Below are positions 1 through 10,116 of a DNA stretch of 64,000 nt, piece by piece. How positions within the stretch are numbered: the stretch's first letter is position 1; each line of letters starts with the position of its first letter. The DNA lies in contig OY970192.1 in assembly GCA_963708135.1 (NCBI GenBank), positions 288,001-352,000 of the forward strand. Reading direction: 5' to 3'. The position numbers and the translations under genes were made by a program. This stretch comes from an uncultured Gemmatimonadales bacterium. GTDB lineage: Bacteria > Gemmatimonadota > Gemmatimonadetes > Longimicrobiales > RSA9. The notes under the pieces were generated by a model. That model worked only from the letters and a program-made list of their open reading frames with translations. It was not told the origin of the DNA and did not search any database.

Positions 1-1
1 C

Positions 2-1138
2 TTCGCGCCAGAGCCGCTCGGGAAGGGGCCGTGGGGCGGGGAGGCCTGGCGCCGCTCGCCGGTCCGCGACGAGTACTACTACGCCATCTTCTCCCCTGGC
101 ATGCCCGACCTGGACTACCACACGCCGGCGGTGCGCGCGGAGGGGAAGAAGATTGCCGCCTACTGGTTGCGGGAGATGGGCGTGGACGGCTTCCGCCTCG
201 ACGCCGTGCAGTACCTGCTGGAGGACGGCCCCTGCGAGATGGACTGCGCCGGCACGCACGCCTACCTGCGCGAGTACGTGGACTCGATCCACGCGATCGA
301 CCCGCGCGCCTTCACGGTGGGCGAGGTCTGGGACAGCATCGGCGCGCTGCTGCCGTACTATCCGGACCAGCTCACCTCCTACTTCGTCTTTCCGCTCTCC
401 GACTCGATCCTCGGGGCGGTCCGGACGGACACCGCCCGCGGGCTGCTGCCGGGGTTCCTCCGGCTCCAGGACACGCTGCCGCCATACCGCTATTCGCCGC
501 TCCTCGGCAATCACGACATGAAGCGCGCGCTCACCGCGCTGGGAGGCGACGTCGCCCGGGCGAAGCTCGCCGCGACCCTCCTCCTAACCCTGCCCGGCCT
601 GCCTTTTGTCTATTACGGCGAGGAGCTCGGCATGAGCGGCGACAAGCCGGACCCGCGGCTCCGGACGCCAATGCAGTGGGCGCCGGAGCGCGGCGTCGGC
701 TTCACGGCCGGCACCCCCTGGGAGCCGCCCCAGCCCGACTCCATGACCACCAACGTTCAGGTCGAGGATGCGGACCCCGGCTCGATGCTGAACCTCTACC
801 GTCGCCTGATCCACCTGCGCGCCGGCGACCCCGCGCTCGGCGTCGGGCGGCTGGTCCCGCTCACCGCCACGAGCCCGCACGTCGCGGCCTACGTGCGCCG
901 AGACGGCGAGCGCGCCGTGCTGGTGGTGGCGAACCTGGGAAGCGCCGCGGCCGCCGGCGTGACGATCGCCTCGGCTCCCGGCGCGCTGCCGCCAGGGCGC
1001 TACGCCGCGCGCAACCTGCTCGGAGGGGCGGACGGGGCGGAGTTGGGGGTGGGGGCTGACGGGAGGATCCGCGGGTACGCGCCGGCGCGGGCGCTCGGGC
1101 CGGTGAGCGCACTGGTGCTCTCGCTCATCCGGCGCTGA
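2..1138 (+). CDS. Alpha-amylase family glycoside hydrolase (GH13), 5'-partial
   Basis: Frame of ORF 101..1138 is open back to base 2 (FAPEPLGKGPW...YYYAIFSPGMPDLDY). GH13 motifs: GVDGFRLDAV, VGEVW, LGNHD, PGLPFVYYGEELGM, RTPMQW. Confidence 0.92.
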   Translation, partial: FAPEPLGKGPWGGEAWRRSPVRDEYYYAIFSPGMPDLDYHTPAVRAEGKKIAAYWLREMGVDGFRLDAVQYLLEDGPCEMDCAGTHAYLREYVDSIHAIDPRAFTVGEVWDSIGALLPYYPDQLTSYFVFPLSDSILGAVRTDTARGLLPGFLRLQDTLPPYRYSPLLGNHDMKRALTALGGDVARAKLAATLLLTLPGLPFVYYGEELGMSGDKPDPRLRTPMQWAPERGVGFTAGTPWEPPQPDSMTTNVQVEDADPGSMLNLYRRLIHLRAGDPALGVGRLVPLTATSPHVAAYVRRDGERAVLVVANLGSAAAAGVTIASAPGALPPGRYAARNLLGGADGAELGVGADGRIRGYAPARALGPVSALVLSLIRR

Positions 1139-1297
1139 ACCGGCTCGGGCAGGTGGAGGTGTCGGGGTCGGGTGCACCGGGGGGGAGACCCGCGGACCCC
1201 GCAGCGGCCGCGAGCGTCGCCCGGTCTCCCACTCTCCCACTCTCGCCGCTCGGCCCGCTCTCCCCGTCCAGCCCCACTCCCCCCCCCCACCCCTCGA

Positions 1298-2725
1298 TCA
1301 GCTCTCGACCCCGTCCTCACCCTCCATGAGCCCGCTGCTCGGCACCGGCTGCACGGCCTCCTGCACGCCCAGCGGCTCCGTCTCGTCGGCCTCGAGCATG
1401 CGCGCCTCGGGGACGAGCTCGGCGCCGACGTCCTGGACCAGCATCATGGCGGCGGCGGCGGCGAACATGCAGACGCCGCCGAGCATCACCATGTAGAGAG
1501 ACGCGTTCGGGTTGTCCCGTCCCCACGCGGCGCGGATCAGCGGGCCGAAAGCGAGCGAGGCGATGATCTCGGGGATCACGATGAAGAAGTTGAAGATACC
1601 CATGTAAACGCCCATGCGGCGGGCGGGCAGGGCGCCGGAGAGGATGGCGTAGGGCATGGCGAGGATCGAGGCCCAGGCGATCCCGACGCCGACCATGGTG
1701 AGCAGCAGCAGGTAGCGGTCGTGCACGAGGTAGACCGCGAGCAGCCCGAGGCCGCCGCAGACGAGGGCGAGCGCGTGCGTCGCCTTGCGACTCGTCGCCT
1801 CGGCCAGCTTCGGCAGCGCGAACGCCACCGCGAAGCAGGTGATCGAGTAGAACGCGAAGGCGAAGCCGCCCCACTCGATGCCGCGCGTGTAGAGGTCGCT
1901 CTGCGGGTCCGTTGCGCCGAACACGTGGCGCGCCACGGCGGGCACGAAGAACAGCCACATGCAGTAGAGGCCGAGCCAGGTGAGGAGCTGCACGACGGCC
2001 AGCTGCTTCATGGTGGCGGGCATCTCGCGGATCGACTCGCCGATCTCGCGCAGCAGCGGCCCGAGCCAGCCCGCGCCGTGCTCGGACCAGCGCAGCTCGG
2101 CGGGATCCTCGGGCGGGTACTCGCTGCTCGTGGCCACGGTCCACAGCACCGCGACGAGGAACGCCACCGCGCCCGCCATGAACGAGTACTTGACCGAGAG
2201 CGGGATCCCGCTCGCCGTGCTGCCGGTCACCCCCAGCCAGGACAGCAGGAACGGCAGCGCGTTGGCCAGGCTCGCGCCGATCCCGATGAAGAAGGACTGG
2301 ATCACGAAGCCGGCCGTGCGCTGGCTCGACGGCAGCTTGTCCGCCACGAAGGCCCGGAACGGCTCCATCGAGACGTTGATCGAGGCGTCCAGGATCCACA
2401 GCAGCGTGGCCGCCATCCAGAGCGCGCTCGACATCGGCATGAGGAAGAGCGCGACGGACGCCAGGATGGCGCCGGTCAGGAAATAGGGCCGGCGCCGGCC
2501 GAGCCGCCCCCACGTCCGGTCGCTCAGCGCGCCCACGACCGGCTGCACGAGCAGCCCCGTCACCGGCGCGGCCAGCCAGAGCAGCGGCACCTGGTCGGGG
2601 CGCGCGCCCAGCCGCTCGTAGATGGCCGACATGTTGGCCAGCTGCAGCCCCCAGCCGAACTGGATGCCGAGGAAGCCGAAGCTCATGTTGAACATGGCCG
2701 GATAGCTCAGCCGCGGCTTCTTCAT
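1298..2725 (-). CDS. MFS/GPH-family sugar transporter (maltose/sucrose-type)
   Basis: About 12 hydrophobic segments. NMSFGFLGIQFGW, GALSDRTWGRLGRRRPY and MGVYMGIFNFFIVIP motifs. Convergent with the GH13 gene. Confidence 0.9.
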   Translation of the reverse strand: MKKPRLSYPAMFNMSFGFLGIQFGWGLQLANMSAIYERLGARPDQVPLLWLAAPVTGLLVQPVVGALSDRTWGRLGRRRPYFLTGAILASVALFLMPMSSALWMAATLLWILDASINVSMEPFRAFVADKLPSSQRTAGFVIQSFFIGIGASLANALPFLLSWLGVTGSTASGIPLSVKYSFMAGAVAFLVAVLWTVATSSEYPPEDPAELRWSEHGAGWLGPLLREIGESIREMPATMKQLAVVQLLTWLGLYCMWLFFVPAVARHVFGATDPQSDLYTRGIEWGGFAFAFYSITCFAVAFALPKLAEATSRKATHALALVCGGLGLLAVYLVHDRYLLLLTMVGVGIAWASILAMPYAILSGALPARRMGVYMGIFNFFIVIPEIIASLAFGPLIRAAWGRDNPNASLYMVMLGGVCMFAAAAAMMLVQDVGAELVPEARMLEADETEPLGVQEAVQPVPSSGLMEGEDGVES

Positions 2726-3178
2726 GCGGTGGGTCTCCGCTGGTGGGGGGAGGCGCCGGACGCGCCCGGAACTCTAGTGCGCCGAAGCGGTTCCGAGCAA
2801 GGCTCGCCAGGCGACGAGGGGGCGGGGGGCCGCGGCGGTGCCGGGCGCGCCACGGGACGCCCGCCGGCGCAGGGGGAGCCGGGTCGCGAGGCCGAACATT
2901 TCTGCCATTTCGTCGATGTTCGCGAGGCGCCCTCGCAGTTCGAGCCGCTATGCGGACCAAAATCCCGCTCCGCGCCGGCGTGTGTTCGACGCGACGGGGG
3001 TTTGATCCATATAGGCGCCATTTCTGCGATCGCGTCCCGGAGACCTCGACGATCGGGGACTTTGGTCCGCCCGTCGCGGCGCTCGGCTCCGCCCGGGTCA
3101 CGGGCCCCTCGCGGCCGTTCGGTCCGCCCGTCGCGGCGCTCTGCTCCCGGTCCGGTCGCGGCCGGGTCGCGGGCGCGC

Positions 3179-3985
3179 TCACGTCCCGGTCTTCGTCCAG
3201 ATCAGGATGGCGCCGCACGCGCCGCCGGTCGCGCCCTGGAACTCGTAAGGCATCTCGGCGGGGCCGGCGTAGACCTCGATGGCGGCCACGTCGGCCAGAG
3301 GCACGACGTCGTCGAGGCCCTCGGTCGGGCTGCTCATGTCGTGGAACATGCCGTTGACGTAGATGGCCGGGGTGCACGAGCGGGTGAGGGAGATCCGGCC
3401 GCGCGTGGACTCGACGATGTAACCGCTGCCTCTGGCGCGCGGCACGACCCGGATGCCGAGCACGCCGCGCAGCGCGTCGCTGAGCCCCTGCCCGCGCTCG
3501 ACCTTGTGCGCGAGCGGCTCTCCGGTAATGAAGGTCCCGGCAAGCGCGCGCCGACGGCTGTAGAAGCCCGACCGCTTCAGGGCGGCGTCCTGCCGGCGCG
3601 CCTCGACCTCGACGGGCGGCAGCTCTACGGGGGCGGGGAGCAGCGCCACGTCGGCGCGCACGTCCGCGCGGGCGCCGAAGCCGATGCGCAGCCGTTCGGT
3701 CTGGTAGCCGAGCAGCTCGATGGCGACGAGGTGCTCGCCCGGCGCGATCCCCCCAACGATGACCTGCCCGTTGGCGTCGCTGGTGCCGCGCTGCCTGCCG
3801 CCGTCGAGGAGGATGGCGGCGGTGGCGAGAGGGCGGCCGGTCTCGTAGGCCGTGACGGTGACGCGCAGGGTCGCGCTGCCGCCGCCGGCGGCGCGCTGCC
3901 CCGCGAGCGCTCCCGGCAGGGCGGCCAGCGCGATCGCCAGCGGTGCGGCACGGCGGAGCGCCGGGAGCGTGCGGACAACTCCCAC
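3179..3985 (-). CDS. Secreted carboxypeptidase-regulatory-like domain plus TonB plug-like domain protein (no barrel)
   Basis: Signal peptide; SDANGQV..GIAPGEH..LLGY (CarboxypepD_reg-like); C-terminal DVAAIEVYAG..GACGAILIWTK plug-type motif; 268 aa only. Confidence 0.7.
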   Translation of the reverse strand: MGVVRTLPALRRAAPLAIALAALPGALAGQRAAGGGSATLRVTVTAYETGRPLATAAILLDGGRQRGTSDANGQVIVGGIAPGEHLVAIELLGYQTERLRIGFGARADVRADVALLPAPVELPPVEVEARRQDAALKRSGFYSRRRALAGTFITGEPLAHKVERGQGLSDALRGVLGIRVVPRARGSGYIVESTRGRISLTRSCTPAIYVNGMFHDMSSPTEGLDDVVPLADVAAIEVYAGPAEMPYEFQGATGGACGAILIWTKTGT

Positions 3986-3989
3986 CGCG

Positions 3990-6419
3990 CTACTCCGCGC
4001 GCAGCGCGGCCATCGGGTCCGCGCGCGTGGCGCGCCACGCGGGCACCCAGGCGGCGGCGAGCGCCACGGCCAGGAGCAGCGCGAGCGCCGTGAGCAGGGC
4101 GAGCGGATCGGCGGGGCTCACCTGGAAGAGCAGCGAGCGGAGGAAGCGCGAGGCGAGGAGGGCGGCCGCGAGGCCCACGGCTCCGCCCGCGGCGGCGATC
4201 CGGCCGGCATCCGCGAGCACGGCGGCCCGGAGGCGCGCTGGGGTGGCGCCGAGGGCGACGCGGATGCCGAGCTCGTGGGTGCGCTCGCGCACCGCGGCGG
4301 CCATGGCGCCGTAGAGGCCGAGGGCGGCGAGCAGCAGCGCGGCGAGGCCGAAGGAGGAGAGGAGCAGGGTGGAGAGGCGGGGCAGCGCGAGCTGGGTGCC
4401 GAGAAGGCCGTCCATGGTCTCGGCGCGGGCGAGCGTGGCCTCGGGCGCGGCCGCGCGCAGCGCGCCACGGAGCGCGGGCAGGGCGGCGGCGAGCGGCCCG
4501 CGCGTGCGGATGGCGAGCGTGCCCTGGAAGAACCAGCCGCGCCACGGGACCCAGACCGACGGCGTCGCCTCGCGCAGGCTGCGGTAGTGGATGTCCTCGG
4601 CCTCGCCCACCACGGTGTGCCAGGGGTTGGCGCTGGTGTCCCAGGTCAGGCGGAGCTGCTTGCCGATCGGGTCCTGGCCGGGCCAGAAGCGCTCGGCCAC
4701 CGAGTGGCTCACGACGACGACAGGCGGCGCGTCCCCGCCCTCGTTCTCGCGGAAGCCGCGCCCGCGCAGCAGCCGGATCCCGAAGGTGCGGAAGTAGTCG
4801 CGGCCGGCGACCTCGAAGGGGATGAACGGGTTGGCCGCCGCCGCGGCGTCAGACTGGCCGGCGGCGGCCCAGCGGGCGGTGAAGACCTGCGGGCCGTAGA
4901 AGGGCAGCGCATCGACGGGTGTGAGCGAGACCACTTCCGGCAGCGTGCGTAGCGCCGGCGCGACGCGGTCGTACAGTCGGGTGAAGACGCTGTCCGCATC
5001 GCCGCCGCCGATCGGGTGTGCGATGGTGATCACGGACAGGTGCGCGGGCTGGTAGCCGAGCGGGATCCGTGTGAGCCGGTCGAGGCTGCGCGCCAGCAGG
5101 GCGGCGCCGGCGAGCATGACCAGCGCGAGCGCCACCTGCGAGGCGACGAGAGCCTGACGCAGCCGCCGTCGCCTGCCGCCGCCGCGGCCCGCGCGGGCGT
5201 CCATCCGGAGCGGCGCGGCCAGGCTGCCGCGCGCCGCGCCGAGCGCGGGGAGGAGCGCGGCGAGCACGAGGGCGACGAGCGTGGTAGCGGCGGCGAGGCC
5301 GAGCGGGGCGGAGGAGAGGCGGAGCACGTCGAGGCGCGGCAGCCGCTCGGGGGCGAGCCGCGTGAGCGCGTCGAGCGCGCCCACGGCGCACGCGAGCCCG
5401 AGCAGCCCGCCGGCCACGGCCAGCGCGGCGCTCTCCCACACGAGTGGCCGCAAGATGTCGGCGGTGCCGGCCCCGATGGAGCGGCGCACGGCGACCTCCG
5501 CCTCCCGGGCCGTGGCGCGGAGCAGGACGAGGCCGCCCACGTTCACGCACGCGATGAGCAGCAGCAGCGCGACGGCCGCCGCGAGCACGAGGAGCTCGGG
5601 GCGCACGGAGCCGAGCACCGCGTGCCGGAAGGTCTCGACCTGCGCCCGCGCGATCGGCGCGCCCTGCGTCTTCCGGGCGACCCGCTCGGCGTCCACGCGG
5701 CGCATGATCGAGAAGAACTCCGCGTGCGCCGCGGCCGGCGTCGCTCCCGGCGCGAGGCGCGCCACCACGTCCAGGTTCGGGTAGACGATCGGCGTCCAGT
5801 ACTCGGCGCCGGCCGGATAGGCGAGGCCCGGCGGTGCCACGCCCACGACCCGCGCCACGTCCCCCGTGTACGGGTTCCCGATGCGACGGCCGATCACGCC
5901 CGGGTCGCCGCCGAAGTCGCGTCGCCACGTCTCGTAGCTCAGCACGACCGATCCGGGGAAGCGGCCGACGGGCACCTCGTCCGCCGTCCCGAAGAAGCGG
6001 CCGAGCGCCGGCCGCACGCCCAGCAGCGCGAAGAAGTTGCCCGTGACCCAGGCGGCGCGCAGCGTGAGCGCGCGATCGCCGTCGGTGACGGCGGTCTCGA
6101 AGGCGCCCTGGTGCGCCACCCCCGCCACGTCGCCGAGTGTGCGGCTGGCGGAGCCGAGCTGCTTCAGCTCCTCCTGTGTCATGCTGACGTCCACGCCGCC
6201 CGGGTCGAGCGTGCGGAGCAGGACCAGCCGGTCGGGAGCGCGCACGGGCAGCGGGCGCACGAGGACGGCGTCCGTCGCCGCGAAGAGCGCCGTCGCCATC
6301 CCAATGCCGAGGGCGAGGATGAGCACGGCCGTGGCCGTGAAGGCGGGGGCGCGCCGCAGCCCGCGCAGCGCCTGCCCCAGCTCCCGGCTGGCGCGCTCCA
6401 GGACGTACGGACGCGCCAT
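3990..6419 (-). CDS. ADOP-family duplicated ABC permease (MacB_PCD/FtsX x2)
   Basis: LILALGIGMATALF, LLLIACVNV, RERTHELGIRVALGA and C-terminal ADPMAALRAE. Confidence 0.92.
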   Translation of the reverse strand: MARPYVLERASRELGQALRGLRRAPAFTATAVLILALGIGMATALFAATDAVLVRPLPVRAPDRLVLLRTLDPGGVDVSMTQEELKQLGSASRTLGDVAGVAHQGAFETAVTDGDRALTLRAAWVTGNFFALLGVRPALGRFFGTADEVPVGRFPGSVVLSYETWRRDFGGDPGVIGRRIGNPYTGDVARVVGVAPPGLAYPAGAEYWTPIVYPNLDVVARLAPGATPAAAHAEFFSIMRRVDAERVARKTQGAPIARAQVETFRHAVLGSVRPELLVLAAAVALLLLIACVNVGGLVLLRATAREAEVAVRRSIGAGTADILRPLVWESAALAVAGGLLGLACAVGALDALTRLAPERLPRLDVLRLSSAPLGLAAATTLVALVLAALLPALGAARGSLAAPLRMDARAGRGGGRRRRLRQALVASQVALALVMLAGAALLARSLDRLTRIPLGYQPAHLSVITIAHPIGGGDADSVFTRLYDRVAPALRTLPEVVSLTPVDALPFYGPQVFTARWAAAGQSDAAAAANPFIPFEVAGRDYFRTFGIRLLRGRGFRENEGGDAPPVVVVSHSVAERFWPGQDPIGKQLRLTWDTSANPWHTVVGEAEDIHYRSLREATPSVWVPWRGWFFQGTLAIRTRGPLAAALPALRGALRAAAPEATLARAETMDGLLGTQLALPRLSTLLLSSFGLAALLLAALGLYGAMAAAVRERTHELGIRVALGATPARLRAAVLADAGRIAAAGGAVGLAAALLASRFLRSLLFQVSPADPLALLTALALLLAVALAAAWVPAWRATRADPMAALRAE

Positions 6420-6617
6420 CAGCGCGGCTCGCCGGCGGTTGGTGGGGCGGGTCTCTCGTCGGGCGACATCGGGCCTCGTGGGGAGGAGGACGGGCCGGTT
6501 GGCTGGACCCCGTTAGCTACACTCCGGCCGCGGGCCGCGTCAAGAGGCCGTGCGTCCTCTTGCGCGGCCGCCGCGACGGCGGCATCTGAGGGAGTGCGCA
6601 TCGGCGGAGGGCGAGTG

Positions 6618-7322
6618 ATGAGCAGGATCGTGACGGTCGCGCTGGTCGGATGGGTGCTGCTCCCGGTGGCGACGGCGTGCGGCCGCGGCGGCTCGGGCCG
6701 CGCCGGCGGCGAGCGCACGGCGCCACCCGCCGGCGCCACCCCGGCCGCCACTCCGGGTCCGGACTCCGCCGCGGCCGCCACCACAGCCGCGGCTGGCCCG
6801 GGCATGGCCGCCGGGGCCGGCATTGCCTCGGGCATGCCGCCGGCTCCCACGCCCGCCGCCGCAGACACCGCCCCGTCCGCCATGGTGGGCCCGTCCGGGA
6901 CAATGGGCCGCGGCGGCATGATGGGCCGCGGCGGCATGCGGGGGATGATGGGTGGCGCCGCGGACACCGGCGCCGCGCCCCGCGCCCGGGTCGCCGCCCC
7001 GCCTCCCGGCGCCGCGGGCGCCGCCGGCTGCCCCGCCGTCACGCAGGCCCTCGCCGACGCGGGCCGGAAGCTCTTCACGGGTGCTGGGAACTGTCAGACC
7101 TGCCACGGCCCGACCGCCTCCGGGACGGCGCTGGCTCCGGACCTCACGGATCGGACGTGGGAGAACGTCGATGGCTCGTATGCCGGCATCGCACGCGTGA
7201 TCCGCGCCGGAGTCCCCCACCCAAAGAACCACCCCGCTCCCATGCCCCCCGCCGGCGGCGCCTCCCTCACCCCCACCCAGCTCTGCGCCCTCGCCGCCTA
7301 CGTCTTCTCCCTCTCCCACTAA
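6618..7322 (+). CDS. Monoheme c-type cytochrome, predicted lipoprotein
   Basis: 3' part of ORF 5016..7322. ATG 6618 preceded by GGAGG. Lipobox VATAC; heme motif NCQTCHG; distal Met (APMPP); Ala/Pro/Gly/Met-rich linker. Confidence 0.8.
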   Translation: MSRIVTVALVGWVLLPVATACGRGGSGRAGGERTAPPAGATPAATPGPDSAAAATTAAAGPGMAAGAGIASGMPPAPTPAAADTAPSAMVGPSGTMGRGGMMGRGGMRGMMGGAADTGAAPRARVAAPPPGAAGAAGCPAVTQALADAGRKLFTGAGNCQTCHGPTASGTALAPDLTDRTWENVDGSYAGIARVIRAGVPHPKNHPAPMPPAGGASLTPTQLCALAAYVFSLSH

Positions 7323-7414
7323 CCTCACCCTCCCCCCCTCACCCTCACTCACCCATACCCGAATCCACACCCTCGAACTCTCCCTCACCCTCCCTCACCC
7401 CCACCCCCACCCTC

Positions 7415-9835
7415 TCACTCCGCCCGCAGCGCCGCGATCGGATCCACCTTCGTCGCCCGCAGCGCGGGGATCGCCGAGGCCAGCACGCCCGCGAGCACGA
7501 GCGTGCCCGCCACGCCGCCGAAGACCACAGGATCGCGCGGCCGCACGTCGAACAGGATGATGGCGAGCAGGCGCGACACCCCGAGCGCCACGGCGAGGCC
7601 GACGGCCATGCCGATGGCGAGCTGCACGAGCCCCTGGCGCAGGATCAGGCGGACGACGCGGCCGGCCTCGGCGCCGAGCGCCATCCGGATCCCCACCTCG
7701 CGCGTGCGGCGGCTGACGGAGAAGGACATGACGGCGTAGAGCCCGACGGCGGCCATGAAGAGGGCGATGAAGCCGAAGATCATAAACATCGTGCCGAAGA
7801 CGCGCACGAACCAGAGCGGCTGCGCGATGGCCTGGTCGAGCGGCATGATCCAGTAGAGCGGCAGGTCGGGCTCGAGCGCGGCCGCGGCCGCGCGCACCTG
7901 CGCGGTCACGGCCATGGGCGGCCCGGCGGTGCGCGCCGAGATGTAGACGAAGTTGGAGTGCTGCTGCGCGAGCGGGCGGAAGACCACCGGCGGCATCGGG
8001 TCCTCCGGGTCGCCTCCGAAGATGTCCGGCACCACGCCCACGATGGTCAGCCACGGCGCAGTGCTCTTCGACGCGCCCATGCGGATGCGCCGGCCGAGCG
8101 GGTCCTGGCCGGCGAGGAAGCGGTCCACGAAGCGCTGCGTGACGATGGCCACGGGCGGCGCGTCCTCGCGGTCGGCGTCCGTGAACAGGCGGCCGCGGGA
8201 GAGGGGAATGTCGAGCGTGGAGAAGAAGCCGGGCGTCACCGAGGCGCTCCTGGTGAGCGGGTAGTCGGCATCGCGCCCGTAGGTCTTGCCCTCGAGCGCG
8301 AACCGGTCGCCGCCGAGTCCCTGCTGCGCCCCGGGCAGCCCCGAGCTCACGGCGGCCGCGCGCACGCCGGGCAGCGCCGCCACCCGGTCCGGCAGCTGCC
8401 GGAAGAACCGCTTCTGGCGGGCCGTGTCCGTGTACACCTCGGGGAACCCGACGCGCGCGGTGAAGACGTCCTTCGTCGCGAAGCCCGGGTCCATGGTGCG
8501 CAGGCGGGTCACGCTCTTGACCATGAGCCCGGCGGCCACGAGCAGCGCGCACGAGAGCGCGACCTCGAGCATGACGAGCACCTTGCTCATGCGCCCGATG
8601 CGCGTGCTCGAGGAGCCGCGCGCCTCGTCCTTCAGCACCTCGCCCACGTCCGTGCGCGCCGACTGCACCGCCGGGATCAGGCCCGCGGCCAGGCTGGACA
8701 GCGCGCCCGCGCCGAGCGCGAAGAGCAGCACCGGCGGGTAGAGCTCGAGGCGGATGTAGGACGGGACGTCGGCGTCCACGATGGCGCGCCTGAACGCGTC
8801 CACGCCCACCCAGGCGACGAGGATGCCGAGCGCCACCCCCGCGAGCGCCAGCATGCTCGATTCCGCCAGGAACTGGCGTACCACCTGCCCCCGCGTGGCG
8901 CCGATGGCGGTGCGGATCGCCACCTCCTTGGTGCGGTGCGCCGCCCGGTCGAGCAGCAGGTTGGCCACGTTCGCGCACGCGATGAGCAGCACGAAGAAGA
9001 CCGCGCCGAGCATCGTGTAGAGCAGTCTCCGCGGCTGCGGCCCGATGCTCCATTCAGGGAAGCTGATCGCGCTGGCCGTGAAGCCGCTGTCCGGCTCCGG
9101 GTACTGCGCCGCCAGCCGCCTGGCCGTGGCTGCAATATCGGCGGACGCCCGGGCCAGGTCCACGCCGGGCGCGAGCCTGCCGACGGCGATCAGGTACTGG
9201 CCCTCCCCGCGCTTCGTGGCGAGCGGGTCCGTCTGCAGCGGCAGCCACACCTTGATGTGCTGCGGGAAGTCGAAGCCCTGCGGCATGACCCCGATCACCG
9301 TGTACGGCTCGCCGTTCACCCGGATCTGGCGACCCAGGATGGCCCGGTCGCCGGCGTAGCGCTGCTGCCACATCTCGTAGCCGAGCACGGCCACCTTCTC
9401 GCCCCCCGGCGCCGCCTCGTCCGCGCGGAACGTGCGCCCGAGCAGCGGTGAGACGCCCAGAACCTGGAACACGTCGGCGGTGAACCAGGCCCCATCGACT
9501 CGCTCCGCGCGCTCGGTGCCGCTCACGTTCATCGTGCCGGAGGTGTAGCCGCCGAGCGCCGTGAAGCTCTTCTGCTGCGCGCGGTAGTCGGCGAAGTCGT
9601 GGATCGAGATCGCGCTCCGCGTGATGTCGCGCGCCGGGTTCGCGCGCGCGACCACCGCCACCCGGTCGCCGCCCGGGTAGGGCAGCCCGCGCATGAGGCC
9701 GCCGTAGATGATGCTGAACATGGTGGTCGTGAGCCCGATCCCGATCGCCAGGGCCAGCACGGCCACCGCGGTGGGGCCGGGCGTGCGGGCGAGCGTGCGG
9801 GCCGCGTAGCGGAGATCGCGCAGCAGAGCATCCAT
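7415..9835 (-). CDS. ADOP-family duplicated ABC permease
   Basis: Start MDALLRDLRYAART with GAGG RBS; LLIACANVANLLL, RRTREVGIRMALGA, KVDPIAALRAE. Confidence 0.93.
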   Translation of the reverse strand: MDALLRDLRYAARTLARTPGPTAVAVLALAIGIGLTTTMFSIIYGGLMRGLPYPGGDRVAVVARANPARDITRSAISIHDFADYRAQQKSFTALGGYTSGTMNVSGTERAERVDGAWFTADVFQVLGVSPLLGRTFRADEAAPGGEKVAVLGYEMWQQRYAGDRAILGRQIRVNGEPYTVIGVMPQGFDFPQHIKVWLPLQTDPLATKRGEGQYLIAVGRLAPGVDLARASADIAATARRLAAQYPEPDSGFTASAISFPEWSIGPQPRRLLYTMLGAVFFVLLIACANVANLLLDRAAHRTKEVAIRTAIGATRGQVVRQFLAESSMLALAGVALGILVAWVGVDAFRRAIVDADVPSYIRLELYPPVLLFALGAGALSSLAAGLIPAVQSARTDVGEVLKDEARGSSSTRIGRMSKVLVMLEVALSCALLVAAGLMVKSVTRLRTMDPGFATKDVFTARVGFPEVYTDTARQKRFFRQLPDRVAALPGVRAAAVSSGLPGAQQGLGGDRFALEGKTYGRDADYPLTRSASVTPGFFSTLDIPLSRGRLFTDADREDAPPVAIVTQRFVDRFLAGQDPLGRRIRMGASKSTAPWLTIVGVVPDIFGGDPEDPMPPVVFRPLAQQHSNFVYISARTAGPPMAVTAQVRAAAAALEPDLPLYWIMPLDQAIAQPLWFVRVFGTMFMIFGFIALFMAAVGLYAVMSFSVSRRTREVGIRMALGAEAGRVVRLILRQGLVQLAIGMAVGLAVALGVSRLLAIILFDVRPRDPVVFGGVAGTLVLAGVLASAIPALRATKVDPIAALRAE

Positions 9836-10116
9836 CGGGACCTCGCGTGGAGGAGGCGTGGGACGGCGCTTCCTTCCAGAACGGGCGAACGGCGCCTGGG
9901 GTTTCAGGGGCCGCCGCGCGCCGGCCGCGGCTGCCGGCCGGGCGACGCGCGGTGCGCGATGCAGCCGCCCCGTCTCCCCACTCGCCCACTCTCCCACTCT
10001 CCCTCTTGCAACCGTCGCGGCGCCGGGTGCATCTATCGAAACGAGGGTGCTCTCCCGCGCGTAGGGGCTCCACCGACCGAGCCGGAGCCGACGCTCCCCG
10101 ACAAGGAGGCCGCACC

